A stretch of DNA of 64,000 bases. Origin: Takakia lepidozioides. Its lineage: Eukaryota; Plantae; Bryophyta. The stretch is taken from assembly GCA_030704615.1 (NCBI GenBank), contig CM060733.1:40858001-40922000 (forward strand), written 5' to 3'. Positions 12,188 through 26,016 of this stretch are shown one piece after another. Numbering within the stretch: the first letter of the stretch is position 1; every line of letters begins with the position of its first letter. Both the position numbers and the translations under genes were made by a program. The notes under the pieces are model-generated. The model did no database searches and was not told the DNA's origin. It worked only from the letters and a program-made list of their open reading frames with translations.

Positions 12188-14998
12188 GCTAGAGCTTCTC
12201 TCTCTCCTGCCACTTCTCTTCCAAGGATGCTATATGTAAGCTGCCATGGGGAGTGAACAACTCGGATTCATAATTTGTTCTTTGTTTGCCAAACTGTCGT
12301 GCTTCAACCCATCTTGACGGTTGTCTCTCTGCCTCGATTCATAGAGAGATCTGTCCCTGTCCGAGATCATCCTCACACTCCACGCCTCTCCAATTACCAG
12401 GAAAGCTGAAAGTTGTATCAACTTTGCCAAAATATTCCACCTTTTTTCCTGATCTTCCCTCCTTTGGAATGAAGCTTGTTCTCTCATATCTCCATGAAGC
12501 AGCTCACACTCTAACATCACCCCGTCCTGATACCCTCTCTTGGCCATCCCCCGGGAATATGCACTTGTAGGTACTTGAATCAGCCTCCTCTTTGAAAGCT
12601 ACAGGATACAAAACCCTTGCTACAAAGGACTCTCAATACAAATGGGCCAACCAGCTTGTGTCCATGGAGCTAAACAATGAATGCCTTCCAAGCTCCTCTC
12701 AAGTCCAGATATGAACGAGCCACCCTCACACTGAGCAAAATGGAGTGTTCCCCTGCATGACCTTCCTCATTAGGTACTAACAGTAGACGCAATTTGAAAA
12801 ATTGGGCATTAAAAAGTTCGATTCTTTTCGTGCACCTGGATTCCCAAACGGTGAATTTGCGATTAATTTTCCTCTTGTCCCGCGGCTCGTCTTCTCACAG
12901 TCTTATTTCTCTGTCGTCGTTGGCTCACTGTGGCTTCTTGCATGTCCAGTGTGCGTGCAGGTTCAACAGTTTTTTTTTTCTGGAGAACAGGGGGATTGTA
13001 GCCCTGGAAATTTTATTAAAGTAAGGAAAAAATAACCTTACAAATAGCCATGAAGGCAGAGGAAAGAGGTACCACTCAGAGCCAATAGTTCAAAGGGAGG
13101 GGAGAGAAAAGCAGGAACCATTAAGCACAAGGATTGTGCCAAAGGGGCTGCACTAATGATCCTGCAGCTAAGATATAAGAAACTGCCTTAGAATTAGGCA
13201 GTTTTTAAAGGAAGTAGCATCAAAGCTGCAAGAAAGAACCTAAGAGATGCCACAGGAATCAGAACCAAGAGTCCAAGGCAAATGAGGCCTATGAATCAAG
13301 GATACTGCATGCAGCTACAACAAAAGCAGAGCTGGTTCTAGTCAACACCTGTCAACACACGAGCAGAAAGAAAACTACTCCGAGCAGATAAGAAAGCTGC
13401 AGCAATTCAGCCACTGAGGATTGTCAGCTTAACCACGAATGCCAAGAGTCTGAAGCACCAAGTAGAGAAGCAGGGGAGATGGACTACAGTAAAGAAGAAA
13501 ACAAAAGAACGCAGTCGCTGAAGAATTGCAGACTATGCGCTGCCCCTTTTCCTTTTGGGGGCTTCGAAGGACAGCTGCGTCTTCGACTTTCCTTTCCTTA
13601 GGCTGCGCTTGTGCCTCCAATTAACCTCACCGTCTTCCACGTCCAAAGGAGAAATCCTGGCGCTAACGGAGCTGCCAGCAGGAAGGGAGAGCTTCGATCC
13701 ATTCAATTTTGGAATCACAGAATCTGCAGCAGAAGACCCCACAATTTCCCCACGATTTGTCCAAGGATGCGAGGAGCTGGGCTTTCCTTCGTGTTCGAGG
13801 CAGCCATTCTTTTAGTGGCGAATAATCGCCAGATTTTGACCTTGCGCAGGTCTTGGCGACATGGGTAAAGGGAAATGAGGCTGAAAAATCATCAATTTTT
13901 GCCAAAAGCTGATCTGATGGGCCCACCATTTGCTAGAGGGGCTGCCACAGGGAGGCACATGGCGCCATGACAGTTTAGAGCAGAGGAGCCAGATCGCACC
14001 GACCACGTGCATGACATCGCCGCATTTGGAGTGCGCGGGAGGACGTGGAGCCAGCTATGTTGCCCATTTTTATACACACATATATATGGGTAAGTATAGT
14101 GTAGTCTGTCTAGATAGACTTTGTAGTGGCGTGTTTCCAGCATGTGCATGTGTAGCTTAGTTGTAGAGATCTCCCCTAAACAATTGACTTGCTGTACAAT
14201 TCCTAATACCTCAATGCTTTTTTGATAGCAACCTGGTTTGGATGATAAAGTTTCTAAATATGAAAAAGGTGGCCACGGAGGAGGGCAATCGCATGTCATG
14301 ATGACTGACCACATTTGAGTTCCACCTTGTTCAATTTTAGGAAGCCAATGGTTACTTTTTACACTCCACTGGACTAGTTTTATGCAGGCCGTGGTCACTT
14401 TTGGGACGGTGGTGGCCCCCATGCATACGGAGATGGACAGGTTCAATAGTTATTCGAGCTCAGTTTCTTAGGAATGAAAGGTTTAATTTACATAATTGCA
14501 TGAGCAGTTTGCTAGCATAACTTGATCCCATTTTAAGTACAGATTAGTTAGTAAAGGGATTAAAAGCCTGCACTTTAAGGACATTAAGCGCGTCACTGTT
14601 GGGTTGACCTTTGGTCCAAAATATTACCCTCTACTGGCCCACAATAGGTATTTTATGTATTTTCACTTTGGATATTTGCCATTACGGATTTTGTCATTTG
14701 TCATTTGTTTTTTTTGCAATAATTCTGATTAACATTTGCCAACGTTAGAAAAATATCAGTACCCAAGGTGCATCTCTCAATTCTGCTGTGTTTCTTAAAT
14801 GAGCCAGAATAGGTTCATCTTATGTTGATTTAGCCACGAATGAACAGTCAAAAGAGGTCGGAGTTCTTCTTTAGCCACGAATGTCATGAGAACAATACAA
14901 GCAGCTTACAGTTAGATTTGTAAAGAAGAAATAGCTGAAAACTAGAAATAGCTGAACCTAATGCTTACAAATCAAACATGCAGCGTAAGCTACTTCCA

Positions 14999-15400
14999 TA
15001 CCGATTTCACGAACAAAATGTCGTGAGATGTTTTGTCGTCCCAAACCAGCATCAACACTCAAACCCCCTGGCTTGCTTTCTTCTTCAACAGTTCTCCCAA
15101 TGTTAAATTCCGTACTTCCACCACTGGACGGTTCACATCCCGTAGCAGTAATTTTATCAAACACCGACCAGCCTGCTATGTACACCAAGATCTCAGCATC
15201 GTTGATCGCAGTACACATCTCTTCCCAACACCGTGCTTGTACAAAAGACTTTGGACCATCAAGAGGGATACTGGGGAGAGTGTTGTCATAAATATGAGCA
15301 TCCTGACAGAGCGTCAGCCGACATCCTTTCCTCAAGGGAAAATAAGTGCTGGGCACTACTACCTACACCCATTGGGTTCTGCTCAACAGGGATGAACCCT
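14999..15400 (-). pseudogene. Phospholipase D (C2-PLD, beta/gamma/delta-like) exon fragment
   Basis: PSTYFPLRKGCRLTLCQDAH...ARCWEEMCTAINDAEILVYIAGWSVFDKIT, then after a frameshift [28 protein letters not shown] and a gtatgg donor. Confidence 0.88.
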
Positions 15401-15534
15401 GCATTATGTTTTCTTTTTTGAACAATGGCCATCAGTCAGTGAGTTAGTAATCTTTTTCTTAAAACATATTTTGACCGCATGGATTGGAAGATTGTAAAGC
15501 TTGGGTGGTTTTGCTGGCAGTTATTTCCAAGTGC

Positions 15535-15808
15535 AGCCTCCCCCAGCGGCAACTCCATCAAATTGCCCTCCACATGTAATTTTTGATGACGTGCTTTGCT
15601 GCGGAGGGACCACCTCGCAGACACTGCCTTACCATTACGCCATAAATGCACGCCGGTGTGCTTTTTAGTCGCTCCAGCACGTACCAACCGGGCTGACGAG
15701 GGCCTTGGTATCCTACACCAAAGTACGGCCCGGGGGATGCGGATACCAGGGGCGGGGGCTCAAGTACCGTTGTCGTCGTGGCATTTTGGGACACCGGTGG
15801 GGATGCTC
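15535..15808. mobile_element. Possible PIF/Harbinger (Tourist-like) MITE
   Basis: Right end ccggtggggatgctc followed by taa resembles a Harbinger TIR plus TAA target. The left end gcctcccccagcgg is only a degenerate match. Confidence 0.4.
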
Positions 15809-17271
15809 TAAGTCATATTTGGGAACCCCTCCAAACAATTAAGGTGTTAAGGAATGGTGACTGCAGAGGAGGATGATAATCAAAAGGGTGACAAAAACAG
15901 AATGAGAATGTCATTTATTCATTGTTTTTGGGATGAAAGGACATGTCAGCAAATTTAGGACCTAAAAAAAAAACCTGAAACACACATCTTCCTTCTTTCA
16001 TTTTTTTCCTCCCATAAAACACAAAACTAAACATAGTGACGTATAATCTTCATTACTGTTTACAAGCTTTGTGAGCCAAGTTACTTGGTAATTTTATTTG
16101 TATTTCCAAGAGCCTTGCAAACATAGCCATACTTCTTATCTATGTGCCATGTAGCATTAGGCAGGGTCTTTTTGGGCAGGGTTCAAATATGCCACTTAGT
16201 GTAGATTGACTGAAATGCAATATAAGCCCAATTAAGGTTTTCTACTTATGAATGGTGGTTTAAATTTTTTTGGTGGTGTTTGGCATAATTTCTGCCTAGT
16301 CTCCAATGATGCCTAAACCCTCCAATTTGCTATGTCAATTCTGGGTTATTCGCCTCAACAAGTCTACTAGGTTTTAGGTTCATTCGCCCAATACCCATTC
16401 AAAATCTCATATTATCGCCAGCCATTTCCACTACGCATTTTGTACAAGCGCCAGACATGCTCCTCTAAGGTTCTAATGGATGCCACTTGTGCTCCAATGT
16501 AAATACCTTAAAAGAAACGCTGGTTCAAGGCCGCTGGAGGTTACCGTGCAGTGGTGTTTAGTGTACCCCCCCAGATGCTCTTAGTACTTCTCTCTAACTG
16601 TGCGGTACTAATTGAAATATGGACAGTCAGTAATTATTAATCTATTCACTAAGTGTTGTCATTATGATCATCTTTGAGTTAAAGATGTTTACTACAGTTA
16701 TCATTCTGGCCCAGCACATGATCTAATCTGGACCACTCGTAATGAAAGCGCCTTTCATAGTTCGCATATGTTTGGTTTAATGTATTTTTCTAGGGGTCCA
16801 TTTTAGAAATTGGTTTGAATTAGGTTCATCTACCTTAGAGCAAGAGTAAAGTCATTTGGGTGAAGGCTGCAGGCCCACACAAGGATTGGTAAGTAGAGGC
16901 TCCATGGCCGGCCAATGAAAGGGTTGCCATCCGATTGCCAGGGCTCTCTTTCCATGTCCATTCGTTGGACGTCACAGTAGAGCTTCGATCATTCCAACGA
17001 AGCTACAGACGAGAGACAGAGTAGAGTGCGAGAGGTTGGCAGTGGGGCAATGTGGGCAGCGCGACAGACGTAAAGTTGGATGGCAGCAGTAGTTAGAGAT
17101 GTGGGGGAGGGCGTTGTGGATGCGAGTCCACATGGGTGGTGGGGATCCCACGCAGGGGAGTATGGAGCGTGCATGCTCGCTGGTGGGTTGTTGCATGCCT
17201 CACAAATCTGAGGTGTCGTAACTGCTTCAGTTGCGGGGAAGAGGAAGAAGGAGAAAAGAGAGCAGAGGGCG

Positions 17272-18114
17272 ATGATCCCCTTTGCAAGCCTAGAGGAGGC
17301 AGAAAGGTCACTTGGGCGGCCGCTTGGTTTTCTGGAGACGCAATGGTGGAAGCATACAAGCAGCGTGAGCGACTACACTCTGTATTGCTATAACTTGATC
17401 TTCCTGTTCTTGGTTTTCAACCTGGCACCATTGCCGTTGGTGCTCTTGGATGTGTACAAGGTGAGGGCGGCTGAAAAGTACAAGCTCCAGCCTGGGATCC
17501 ACAATAGTAGAGTGCAGGCATGGAGGTGCTACAAGAGTGTCATGTTGTCGTTCTTCGCGATCGTAGGACCCTTGCAGCTCTCCTCATATCCTGCCATCAA
17601 GTTTATTGGCATCAGGATGGGATTGCCCCTGCCCTCGTTGTGGGAAGTAGTGCTTCATCTCGTGGTGTATTTCATTGTTGAGGATTATGGTAATTACTGG
17701 CTGCATCGATGGTTGCACTGGGGCTGGTTTTATGACAACATTCACCATGTTCACCATGAGTTCACGGCTCCCATGAGTTTCGCGGCTCCATATGCGCACT
17801 GGGCAGAGATCCTTGTGCTGGGAATCCCAACCTTCGCTGGTCCAGCTATGGTGCCTGGGCATATCATCACCTTCTGGATTTGGATCGCGCTTCGCCAGTT
17901 AGAGGCAATTGAGACGCACAGTGGGTATGATCTCCCATGGAGTCCAACGAAGCTCATTCCGTTCTATGGAGGTGCTGAGTACCATGACTACCATCATTTT
18001 GTAGGTGGGAAGAGCCAAAGCAACTTTGCCTCCGTCTTTACCTACTGTGACACGCTGTACGGCACGAATAAGGGCTATCGCTACAAGAAGGACGTCATGC
18101 GTAAGTCTGAATGA
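17272..18114 (+). CDS. SMO1: Methylsterol monooxygenase 1 (sterol 4-alpha-methyl oxidase), single exon
   Basis: 280-aa ORF with His boxes HRWLH, HHVHH, HDYHH; motifs YAHWAE, ETHSGY and QSNFASVFTYCD; SMO1-type N-terminus MIPFASLEEAERSLGR. Confidence 0.93.
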   Translation: MIPFASLEEAERSLGRPLGFLETQWWKHTSSVSDYTLYCYNLIFLFLVFNLAPLPLVLLDVYKVRAAEKYKLQPGIHNSRVQAWRCYKSVMLSFFAIVGPLQLSSYPAIKFIGIRMGLPLPSLWEVVLHLVVYFIVEDYGNYWLHRWLHWGWFYDNIHHVHHEFTAPMSFAAPYAHWAEILVLGIPTFAGPAMVPGHIITFWIWIALRQLEAIETHSGYDLPWSPTKLIPFYGGAEYHDYHHFVGGKSQSNFASVFTYCDTLYGTNKGYRYKKDVMRKSE

Positions 18115-20569
18115 ACGTCGAAGAGGATGCTTGATAGATGCCCGACGGGGATCCCGTTTTGCAAGAGGACCTGAAAATGTCCTTTCATGATCATCTCGAT
18201 GGATGGTAAGCTCACACATTCCCAGTCTTGCGGTTTCAGACGTGTGGAGCTTCAGTATCGGCGATTAACCCTGCAAGAGAGCCACCTGCTCTGTTGACAA
18301 GGCGCAGTGACAAGGCCTGCGCGTATTTGAACGTGCACATTTTTGTTCTGTACTGTTCTGTCTTTTCTGTCACTTCTCCAAATAGGGAGGGAGACAGAGA
18401 CAGAGAGGAGGCAGAGTTGTAGCCTTGCGTCAACCATAGATTGTGCGTCCGAAGGTGACTGAATAAAGTGGAGAAAAGGAGGGAAGGATAATCGACCAGT
18501 GGCCGCCATTAAACTCCAATTTGATTAGCTATGTCTTTTATTCTGTTTTGAGAAAGACCATCTAACCAACTTTCTCTGTATTCTTAATGAATTGTTCTAG
18601 GGAATTGATGCCTTGTAAAAGGTGCAGGACTGAACACAAGCGCCATTCTTTAATTCGCTTTCACTCAGCTAATGAGGAGGACCTAGTCTCCTGTCACTGG
18701 CCTCGACATGTGTGAAAAAGAGAGAGAGAGAGACACTCTGTGAAAGAGACTTTAGACACAAAGTTGGAAGTGCTTGTCTGCTGCTGCTATGGAGTTGCTT
18801 CTTGGCCACTACAAGAGCTCATGCAGGTGCACCCATCGAGATCCTGATGTTTCTATAAGGTGTTTGTCCTCAATCATCTGATGCTTGGCCTAGTGGAAAG
18901 GTCTTGTGACAAGCACTTAATAGATCATAGTCTTGCAATGTCTTTGAGAGATAGGAGCTCCACACTTTGCTGACTGAGATTGATCTCAATTGTGCATCTG
19001 AATGAAGGATCTTTCTATATTGGTAGGAGGTAGTTGTTAAAAGAATGCCCCTAGGTTCTGTACTGCCGTGTGTGGGACAACTTAAGATGCCATAGGGCTT
19101 AGATAGTCATGAGGCACTCAATGTTTGGTGGGGATTGAGTTTGACAAGGAATAATTCGATGGAGAGACACAAGGAGATAACAAGTGAGGGTGACTCCAGA
19201 CTAGCGACCGGATAAACGACTAAGCTCTCTTGATTGGTTGAATATCGGGTCTTGTCCACTACACCCTTTCAGCCATGGCTTTGTCCAGCGCCCCAACATG
19301 TCCTGTCATTGCTCTATATTTGCTACCTCAGTGGACAAAGCATAACAAATTTGGGGCCATGGTAGTAGCAGGCCCCAAATCTTCTCCGGTGGATAAAAAC
19401 CGATTGAAGCCTCTCGACGGCTCTCTCCGCCTCTTTATTATTGCCCCATCTCCTCCCACCTTGCTCTATAGCAGCCCTTCCTTTGTAGTGTGGAGCCATG
19501 AATCATGAAGACTTATCTTCAATAGGTGCATGACATATTTGCAAATCAATTTTCTTAAAGCTTGCATGACCTTCACATGAACAATAAAATCTGAAGGGCA
19601 AGTGTTGCAAGGAGAGCTCTTTCCAAAGGCTCCATGACTGTGTGCGGTACTCTCAACAAGAAATCCTAAACACAGAAAGGGAGAGGGATACACATGATTT
19701 GATTTTGTCCACCATTCTTGTCCGCTTTGGTTTGAAAAGGCTGCGAGGCTTGTCCAGTGGCCAGTGGTGGCATGGCATCTATGTAAGGGACCAAGAGGTG
19801 GTCAGAGCCTCATTTTAGTGTTCGGTCCACTAGTCTGGAACCGACCTGAGTCTTCACTAATTGTGGGTCTTCAGCCATCATATGAAGCCCAATAGTTGGA
19901 CCCTATGGAGGTTTTTAAGGTTAAACTTGGACCCGGTAAGGAATTTGGCGCTCAGGATGGAGCGGGAGGCCTCCTAGAATCCTTGTTGTGAGCTTTTTAC
20001 CTTGAAAATATATTTGGAAGTGTCCAGTTGGAGCCAACTCGAGTATTCAGGACTGGGAGTCCTTGCTCAAGTGGACAGTAGAAGACTGCTCTGACAGGTA
20101 GCATGCATTCACGCCTTCACCATAGATTACAGGATATGCGGATGCGGATTAGGACTGAACATGCCACTGGGGCCACAACCTGTATTGTGCATGGGGACTC
20201 CCCTGGCAGTTTACAAACACACCTAGCAGTATCGCAAACAGGTATGTACTCCAAGTGTTTAGGACTTAAGAACCATTGGTAATGCTAGAAAATGCTATAA
20301 ATGATCTCTGTCAACATTTCAGGTCCCTGGGTTTTAATTGAGATTTCGGAATGCGGTGAATAGCAGTTTGAATGTGAAGTGTCCCAAAAAACATTTGGCA
20401 GCGAAATGTGTGTAGTCTGTACCTTGTGTCGTGCAGATGTCTCTCTCTCTCTCCCCCACCCCCTTTGTCAATGGGTCTCTGGACCTCCAGTGGACAAACA
20501 ATTTTTTTCGTTCTTTCTTCTCTCTCCTTCTAAATAGAGACGCACCTGTTTGCTATACTGCTAGGCACA

Positions 20570-21800
20570 TATGCAGTTGACTTTGGGAGTTAGTGTGAGA
20601 GCAGACTAGAACTGTCCTTCTTGCCTGTGCCCGTTTTGTGCAGAATGCGGTCAGTCTGCAAGACATGGAAGGAGCTCATTGGCAGGCCAAGTTTTCACGA
20701 CCTCTGTGACCTAAACGGGAAAAACAATGTGTACTTGTTCATGTGGATGTGGGAGGGTCGCGGATTTCGGTCGATTGTTGAGCCTAGTTTCGTATCGATG
20801 ATGAGCTTTCTTGACCTGGATGCACGGCGATGGTATTCGATCGAGACTGTTAAGCTTCCTAGGGTTTGTGCTTGTGGCGATGAGGTTGAGACTCGGTTCA
20901 TGGCTATGGACGACGGCCTTGTTTGCGAACTGACTTCATCACGAGGCACGGACAACAATTTTGTTTTGACTCTCTCCGACCCAGTTGCGAAGACGAGGAG
21001 GATGCTGCCAGGCCCACCTGAATTTTACTCTACTCATGATGTTAACCCTCATTTAGTTACCGTTGTGGATGATACCACTCGTAGCTACAAGGTTGTCCTC
21101 TTAAACAACCTTTGTCAAACTCCTTTCACTAATGAATGGCGGGGACAGAGAAATCTGCCGAACGGGGTTGAGGGGCTGTGGGCATCGTCAGCCGTTGTCT
21201 TGCATCAGACGGTGTTTGTAAGCAACCATTCCCATCGGCGGAAGTTTGGCGAATGAGATTTACCAGGGATGTTGAAAATCAAGAACTTGTTGTGAGCAAC
21301 AATCGCTTGTATATGATTCTGCGGTTAGAGCATCCCAGTTGCAGACAAAATCCTCTTCCGTCCGAGCTCCATTGCCCCAACTCGGAGTCATTGTTCCAGA
21401 CCAACCAGGACTACCCAGAGACATTGTTTGAAGTGTATGAGGTTTTGATTTCTGAGCATGGTAGAAAACCAGTGCTCCAACTTACTCAAGCTCAGCTTCA
21501 ACAAATTTTTGGGAGCCGTGATCCTGACTTCTATGTTGCACGCGGATTTCCTTGTTTTGACTTTAATGGGGTGTGCAACTCCATCGTACTAGTGAGCATC
21601 TATACAGGCCAGATATGGAGGTATTACATATCGACCGGGTTAGTGGATGTCTTACCTCCACATCCTTTGGTGCAAACCTCAGACGATCCTCCCCCTCATG
21701 CTAATGATTTCCAAACGTATGATGCAAAGACCATGAAGCTGAGTTTGAGGAACTTGCTGGCACAGCGCCCGAATACTCTGGACTCGACGGGGTGGAGGTT
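20570..21800 (+). pseudogene. F-box protein, frameshifted
   Basis: SFLPVPVLCRMRSVCKTWKELI is an F-box motif. The downstream region is split between ORFs 20621-21256 and 21178-21996, and no intact start is visible. Confidence 0.7.
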
Positions 21801-23869
21801 ATGGGAGCCTGGAGGTGCCATTGAAGTCAAGGGGGCCAGCCCCAAATTAAGTTTCTCCCATTTCTCGCTTAGTATTATCTTTGGCAGACACCACAACTTT
21901 GAGACTGCAATACCGCAGAAATGTACCTCAAACTACACTTCCAGCCTTGCAGGTGTCCATCGCTGCTACATTGCTGGTTGTTTTGGTTCAATCTAGGATA
22001 CCCAAAAATGTTTGCAAACCTGGGGTCCCCAAGTACCTCCGCTCCAAGCCTGCTCGCCAGGCCGGGGCAAGGCCAACAAATTATACGCTTGAACAGTATC
22101 CTAAGCCGATCTAAGTTAATCATTCACTACCATGGTTGAGCAAGGGACAAGAATTAGGAATTAGGAATTTGTCTACCGATCACCTCAAGGGCACCTCAAC
22201 CCACGTACCACAAAATCTTCTGCACGGAGGCCTCCACTGTTCTGAACTTGAAGAAGAGGGTACAGACAAGGACGGGCGTGAGAGGGAGGAGGATCCAAGC
22301 CCTTGCATGCGATACTGCGAGCGCCATCGCCACACCCACATAGAGGAGTCTCGAGATCTCTCACCGTTTTGTCCTATGAATACCGCAACATGAATGCGGC
22401 TGCAACAGAGGCTACGATGCGTTCATTAGTTGATGAATGAAGTTCGCAAACACAAGACGAGGCCATTTACCTCAGGTCTGCAAGTGTAGGACAGCACAAA
22501 GGCTAACGTTTGCTCTTGCTGCTTATCAAGCGTGTTGATACAAGACAAGAGTTTGCGCCATCCACTACTCCTATCTACCTCCCTCCAACGATCAAGATCT
22601 GTCCCGGAAACTCTCTCTCGATTACTCTGTTAGGAGTGATGTGGTACTTAATGCTGTCACAAGGAAGAGAAAAATTAAAGGTGGATTTTGGGGCGAATCA
22701 TTTCACGTCAACTGCATGCACCTACCAATTCTTCTACTGACACTGTGGGAGATTCTCATTAGCATCCTTCCAGCCTCACTCCAACTGCAGTGTTTTTTAG
22801 GTTTGAATGAATGGTACCCTTGGCAGGCCAATGGCTACTGCAGCGTCACACGTTTTTTGGCTTTCCCTCCTCGGTCTGGTAACTGGTTACCAACTCCTCT
22901 CTTTGTTCCTTATGAGATTAATTTTCGGTACCCAAAACTACAAACACTAGTTTACTTTTGACAGTAAACCTCTGAGAACAACTTCCGTGTTTGGAACTGT
23001 ACTGGATCGCAGGCAAGACAAATCAATAGGAAACCCACTATAGATCTGTGTGGTAAAGGAGAGGAAGTGTCTCTTACTTATCCTACTTGTGTTCTTTTGC
23101 ATGGCATCTGATTGGTCAGGTCCAAAGTATGATCAAAGGCTTTCACCAAAAGCGTATTTGAAGTCCAGATAAAGTGCAGGTCTTCCTTTCCAGATGGGTG
23201 CCTAAATGGCTACCAAAAATTCCATTTGTTTTTAACACTGTTCCAGGGATTTGAAGCAAGGAGGACCATGCATCTTGTGTTTGCACATCTAGTCCAAGAT
23301 ACTCAAGGTAGGCAATTACATCAACAATGCGGGAATAACCGGGAATGCAAACACTCAATTCAGCTCTCAATCAACCGTTTACCCTGAGTTTCTTACTCTG
23401 GTAGATGAAAACCTATGACTGGATGAGCGGTCGATGGATTTGACATTCAGTTGCTCAAAGTATGCCCAGACATGTCATTTCAGCAGCTGAACCACACGTT
23501 CAATGAATTCAGCGACTCTCAAATCCTTCAGATCTGGATGATCACCGCATTATCCTTGACCTTCTGAAGCCAGGGGCCCTCTTTCCTGAAGTACTGTGAT
23601 CTTGGACTCTTCTGTGAAAACCACCAGTGGGCAGTTGAAAAACCAAAGACTCAACACAGCCTTATTTGACTGTTATATAGTAAACATTTGCAGGAAGTGC
23701 TAGGTAATTTTGCTGCATGTTGTCACAGCCCGCAACATCTGTAGAAAATGGCAATGGCTACATCTACTAATCTGACAGAGTCGTACTTTCCAAAGTTACT
23801 ATTGTTATGTAATTTTGCTGTTCCAAGTTCCCCCTGTTGTGCTGAACTTAGTGGTCACCAAATTCGAGC

Positions 23870-24575
23870 TTCCCAGATTTCAGAATTTTTCTATGCACCT
23901 CTTCTGAATTGAATGTTTCACAGATCTCTTGGTTTTTTTTGTAACTCATAAAACATTGTTGGCCATAGCCTTGTGGTCAAGGACCTTGTGCCAGTTTGGG
24001 GAGAGAAGAGAGAGACAGAATTAGTCGTGTTGTTCCCCGCAAACGTTGGCTTGCCATCGCCTCACAGCGGCAATTAAGAGAGAGAGAGAATGTACTCATG
24101 CCGTACCCTTGTGCCACAGAACCTTTTGTGAGCAGACTCACTCCAGTAGTGGCTTACCTTCACATAAGGAATTAGTTCGGGCTTTCCAGATTTTGGAATT
24201 TTTCTACGCGCCCTTTTGAAACGAACATTCACAGATCTCTTGGTTTGTTTTCTACTCATAAAACATTGTTTGCCACAGCCTTGTGGTCAAGGACCCGGTG
24301 CCAGTTTGGGCAGAAGAGATAGAGAGATAATATACTCCTGTCGTTCCCTTTAAACATTGGCTTGCCATATCCTTACCGTCATCAACCCCGCAAGAAACTA
24401 ACCCTCCTGGACTCTGGAGCCTTTTACGAGGTTCACACCCACCAGGGTTTACATTATCCCGTAGGTCAGTTGCAGGTATGAACTTATTTCCCACAGCTGC
24501 TATTAAGAGAGAAAGAGAGAATGTATTCATCAGACTTTGTTTGTCCTACCCTTGTTGCGACAGGGTCCTTTGTGG
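23870..24575. repeat. Diverged tandem duplication (unit about 310 bp), each unit carrying two copies of the short interspersed repeat
   Basis: ccagattt..gaatttttcta...cacagatctcttggttt...actcataaaacattgtt...ccagtttggg...ttggcttgccat...ttaagagag occurs at about 23870-24130 and 24182-24575. Confidence 0.8.
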
Positions 24576-24962
24576 TTTCTGTCCCTTTGATTATCCTGCC
24601 ACCATTGACATCTCCAACCAGTTTGTCCGGAGTTTCCCATGTCTCTTGCCCAGCACAGATATGAATACCAATTGCCCAAAGAACTTCTCCCACTTCGAGT
24701 TGTTTCCTTTGGTTAGTAAGCCCTGAGAAATTGACAGTGCCCATTCAGAGTACCAAATCCTTCAGTTACATGACACTCAGGCTCAGCACACTTAGGGTCA
24801 GTTTGTCAGTTTGTTAGAAACTTTCAAGTTGAAGTCCTTGCCTGGTATCCGCAGACTGACATCAGCGATACCCACTTGTCCAAATGACCACTTGGTTTCG
24901 TGGTCACACCCTCGGCCATGAGATCTAGGGGTTTGCATGATGTAGTTGATTTTTGTCTCGAT

Positions 24963-25146
24963 TTTTGCCAAGGTGGTGACTGGTGACAAGCCCCCTGTGG
25001 CTATTCAGTTAGTCCTTTCCCTCCCCATATAGGCCTCATATAGAATGTCTTGCATCATTTTTTGCCAAGGTGGAGACAACCCCCCGGTGGCTATTCAGTT
25101 AGTCCTTTCCCTTCCCATATAGGCCTCATATAGAATGCCTTGCATC
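24963..25146. repeat. Tandem duplication, about 90 bp x2
   Basis: ttttgccaaggtgg...gtggctattcagttagtcctttccc...ataggcctcatatagaatg.cttgcatc occurs twice. Confidence 0.9.
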
Positions 25147-25562
25147 GATTATTGTTTTGGCCTTTAGACTAAGTGCAAGCCAAGCCGAACGAAGATGCAA
25201 AACTCACAAATAGAATCCCTTGCATCTTCCCAAGTCAGTCCAAAGAAATTGACCCTCCACATAATCAGTTTTCCCTCATCTTTTGAAGTTTCAGCCTTGC
25301 TCAAGTCGTGTTTGGTGCAAACCTTTCAGCACCAATCACTTAAGGATTTTCTTCAAGTCTCTGTTCCTGCCATTTGGCCCTCTGGAGGAAGATGCTCCAC
25401 GACTTCACATATGTTTTCTGATAATGAACCATGAGCTGCTCAAAAAATATGCAATCCCCACTCTCTCCTTTGGTGAAACTACTAGTTTCTTATGCTCTTT
25501 GATTAAAAAGTGACAAATTATGACCATTTCGCTAACATCTTTGCATCTCTGTCATGGCTGCT

Positions 25563-26016
25563 TCAGCAATAACCCTGACAAGAACCAAGCATGCCTTGGA
25601 AGTGATCAAAGAGGTTGGCATCCCTTGCAACAAAAATCTTTGAGATGAACCTTCTCGCAGTGTTGCAATCACCATACACTTCATGATTTTAGTCGGTGTC
25701 CTCGGGGCGTACTGATGAGGCCAAATGCAATGGCCTACTTCTCATTGGGTGGCAAAGAGGAAGTCCTTCTTGTTTTCCTCCAATTCGTACCATAAATTAG
25801 GTATGTACTTGCCTTCTTCATCTGGCCTTATATTTTCAGCTCAGCACGAAACTTGCTGATGCTATTTGTCTTCTACAATGATCTCAATGCAGCTACGCCT
25901 GGGCTGGGTCTGACACCTCTGCCCTCCATCATTGTCCTACCTGCTGCCTTTCATTCCACCTGCCACAGCATAGATGTTCGATAGCACAACAAAGGCTGCG
26001 TATCCTGTGTATCCTA
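25563..26016 (-). pseudogene. Decayed E/E+/DYW tail of the PPR gene
   Basis: After the ORF stop: AAFVVLSNIYAVAG.., NEK*AIAFGLISTP, VYGDCNTARRFISKI, ARDANLFDHFQG..GSCQGYC*, with stops, frameshifts and deletions. Confidence 0.85.

Noticed and set aside
12230-13930. Several ORFs upstream of PDF copy 1 as an SSB/OB-fold or retroelement ORF1
   Set aside because: No convincing motif; left unannotated.
22400-25500. Possible decayed F-box/LRR gene on the minus strand
   Set aside because: Only vague LxxLxLxxC-like fragments; a frame or family could not be established.
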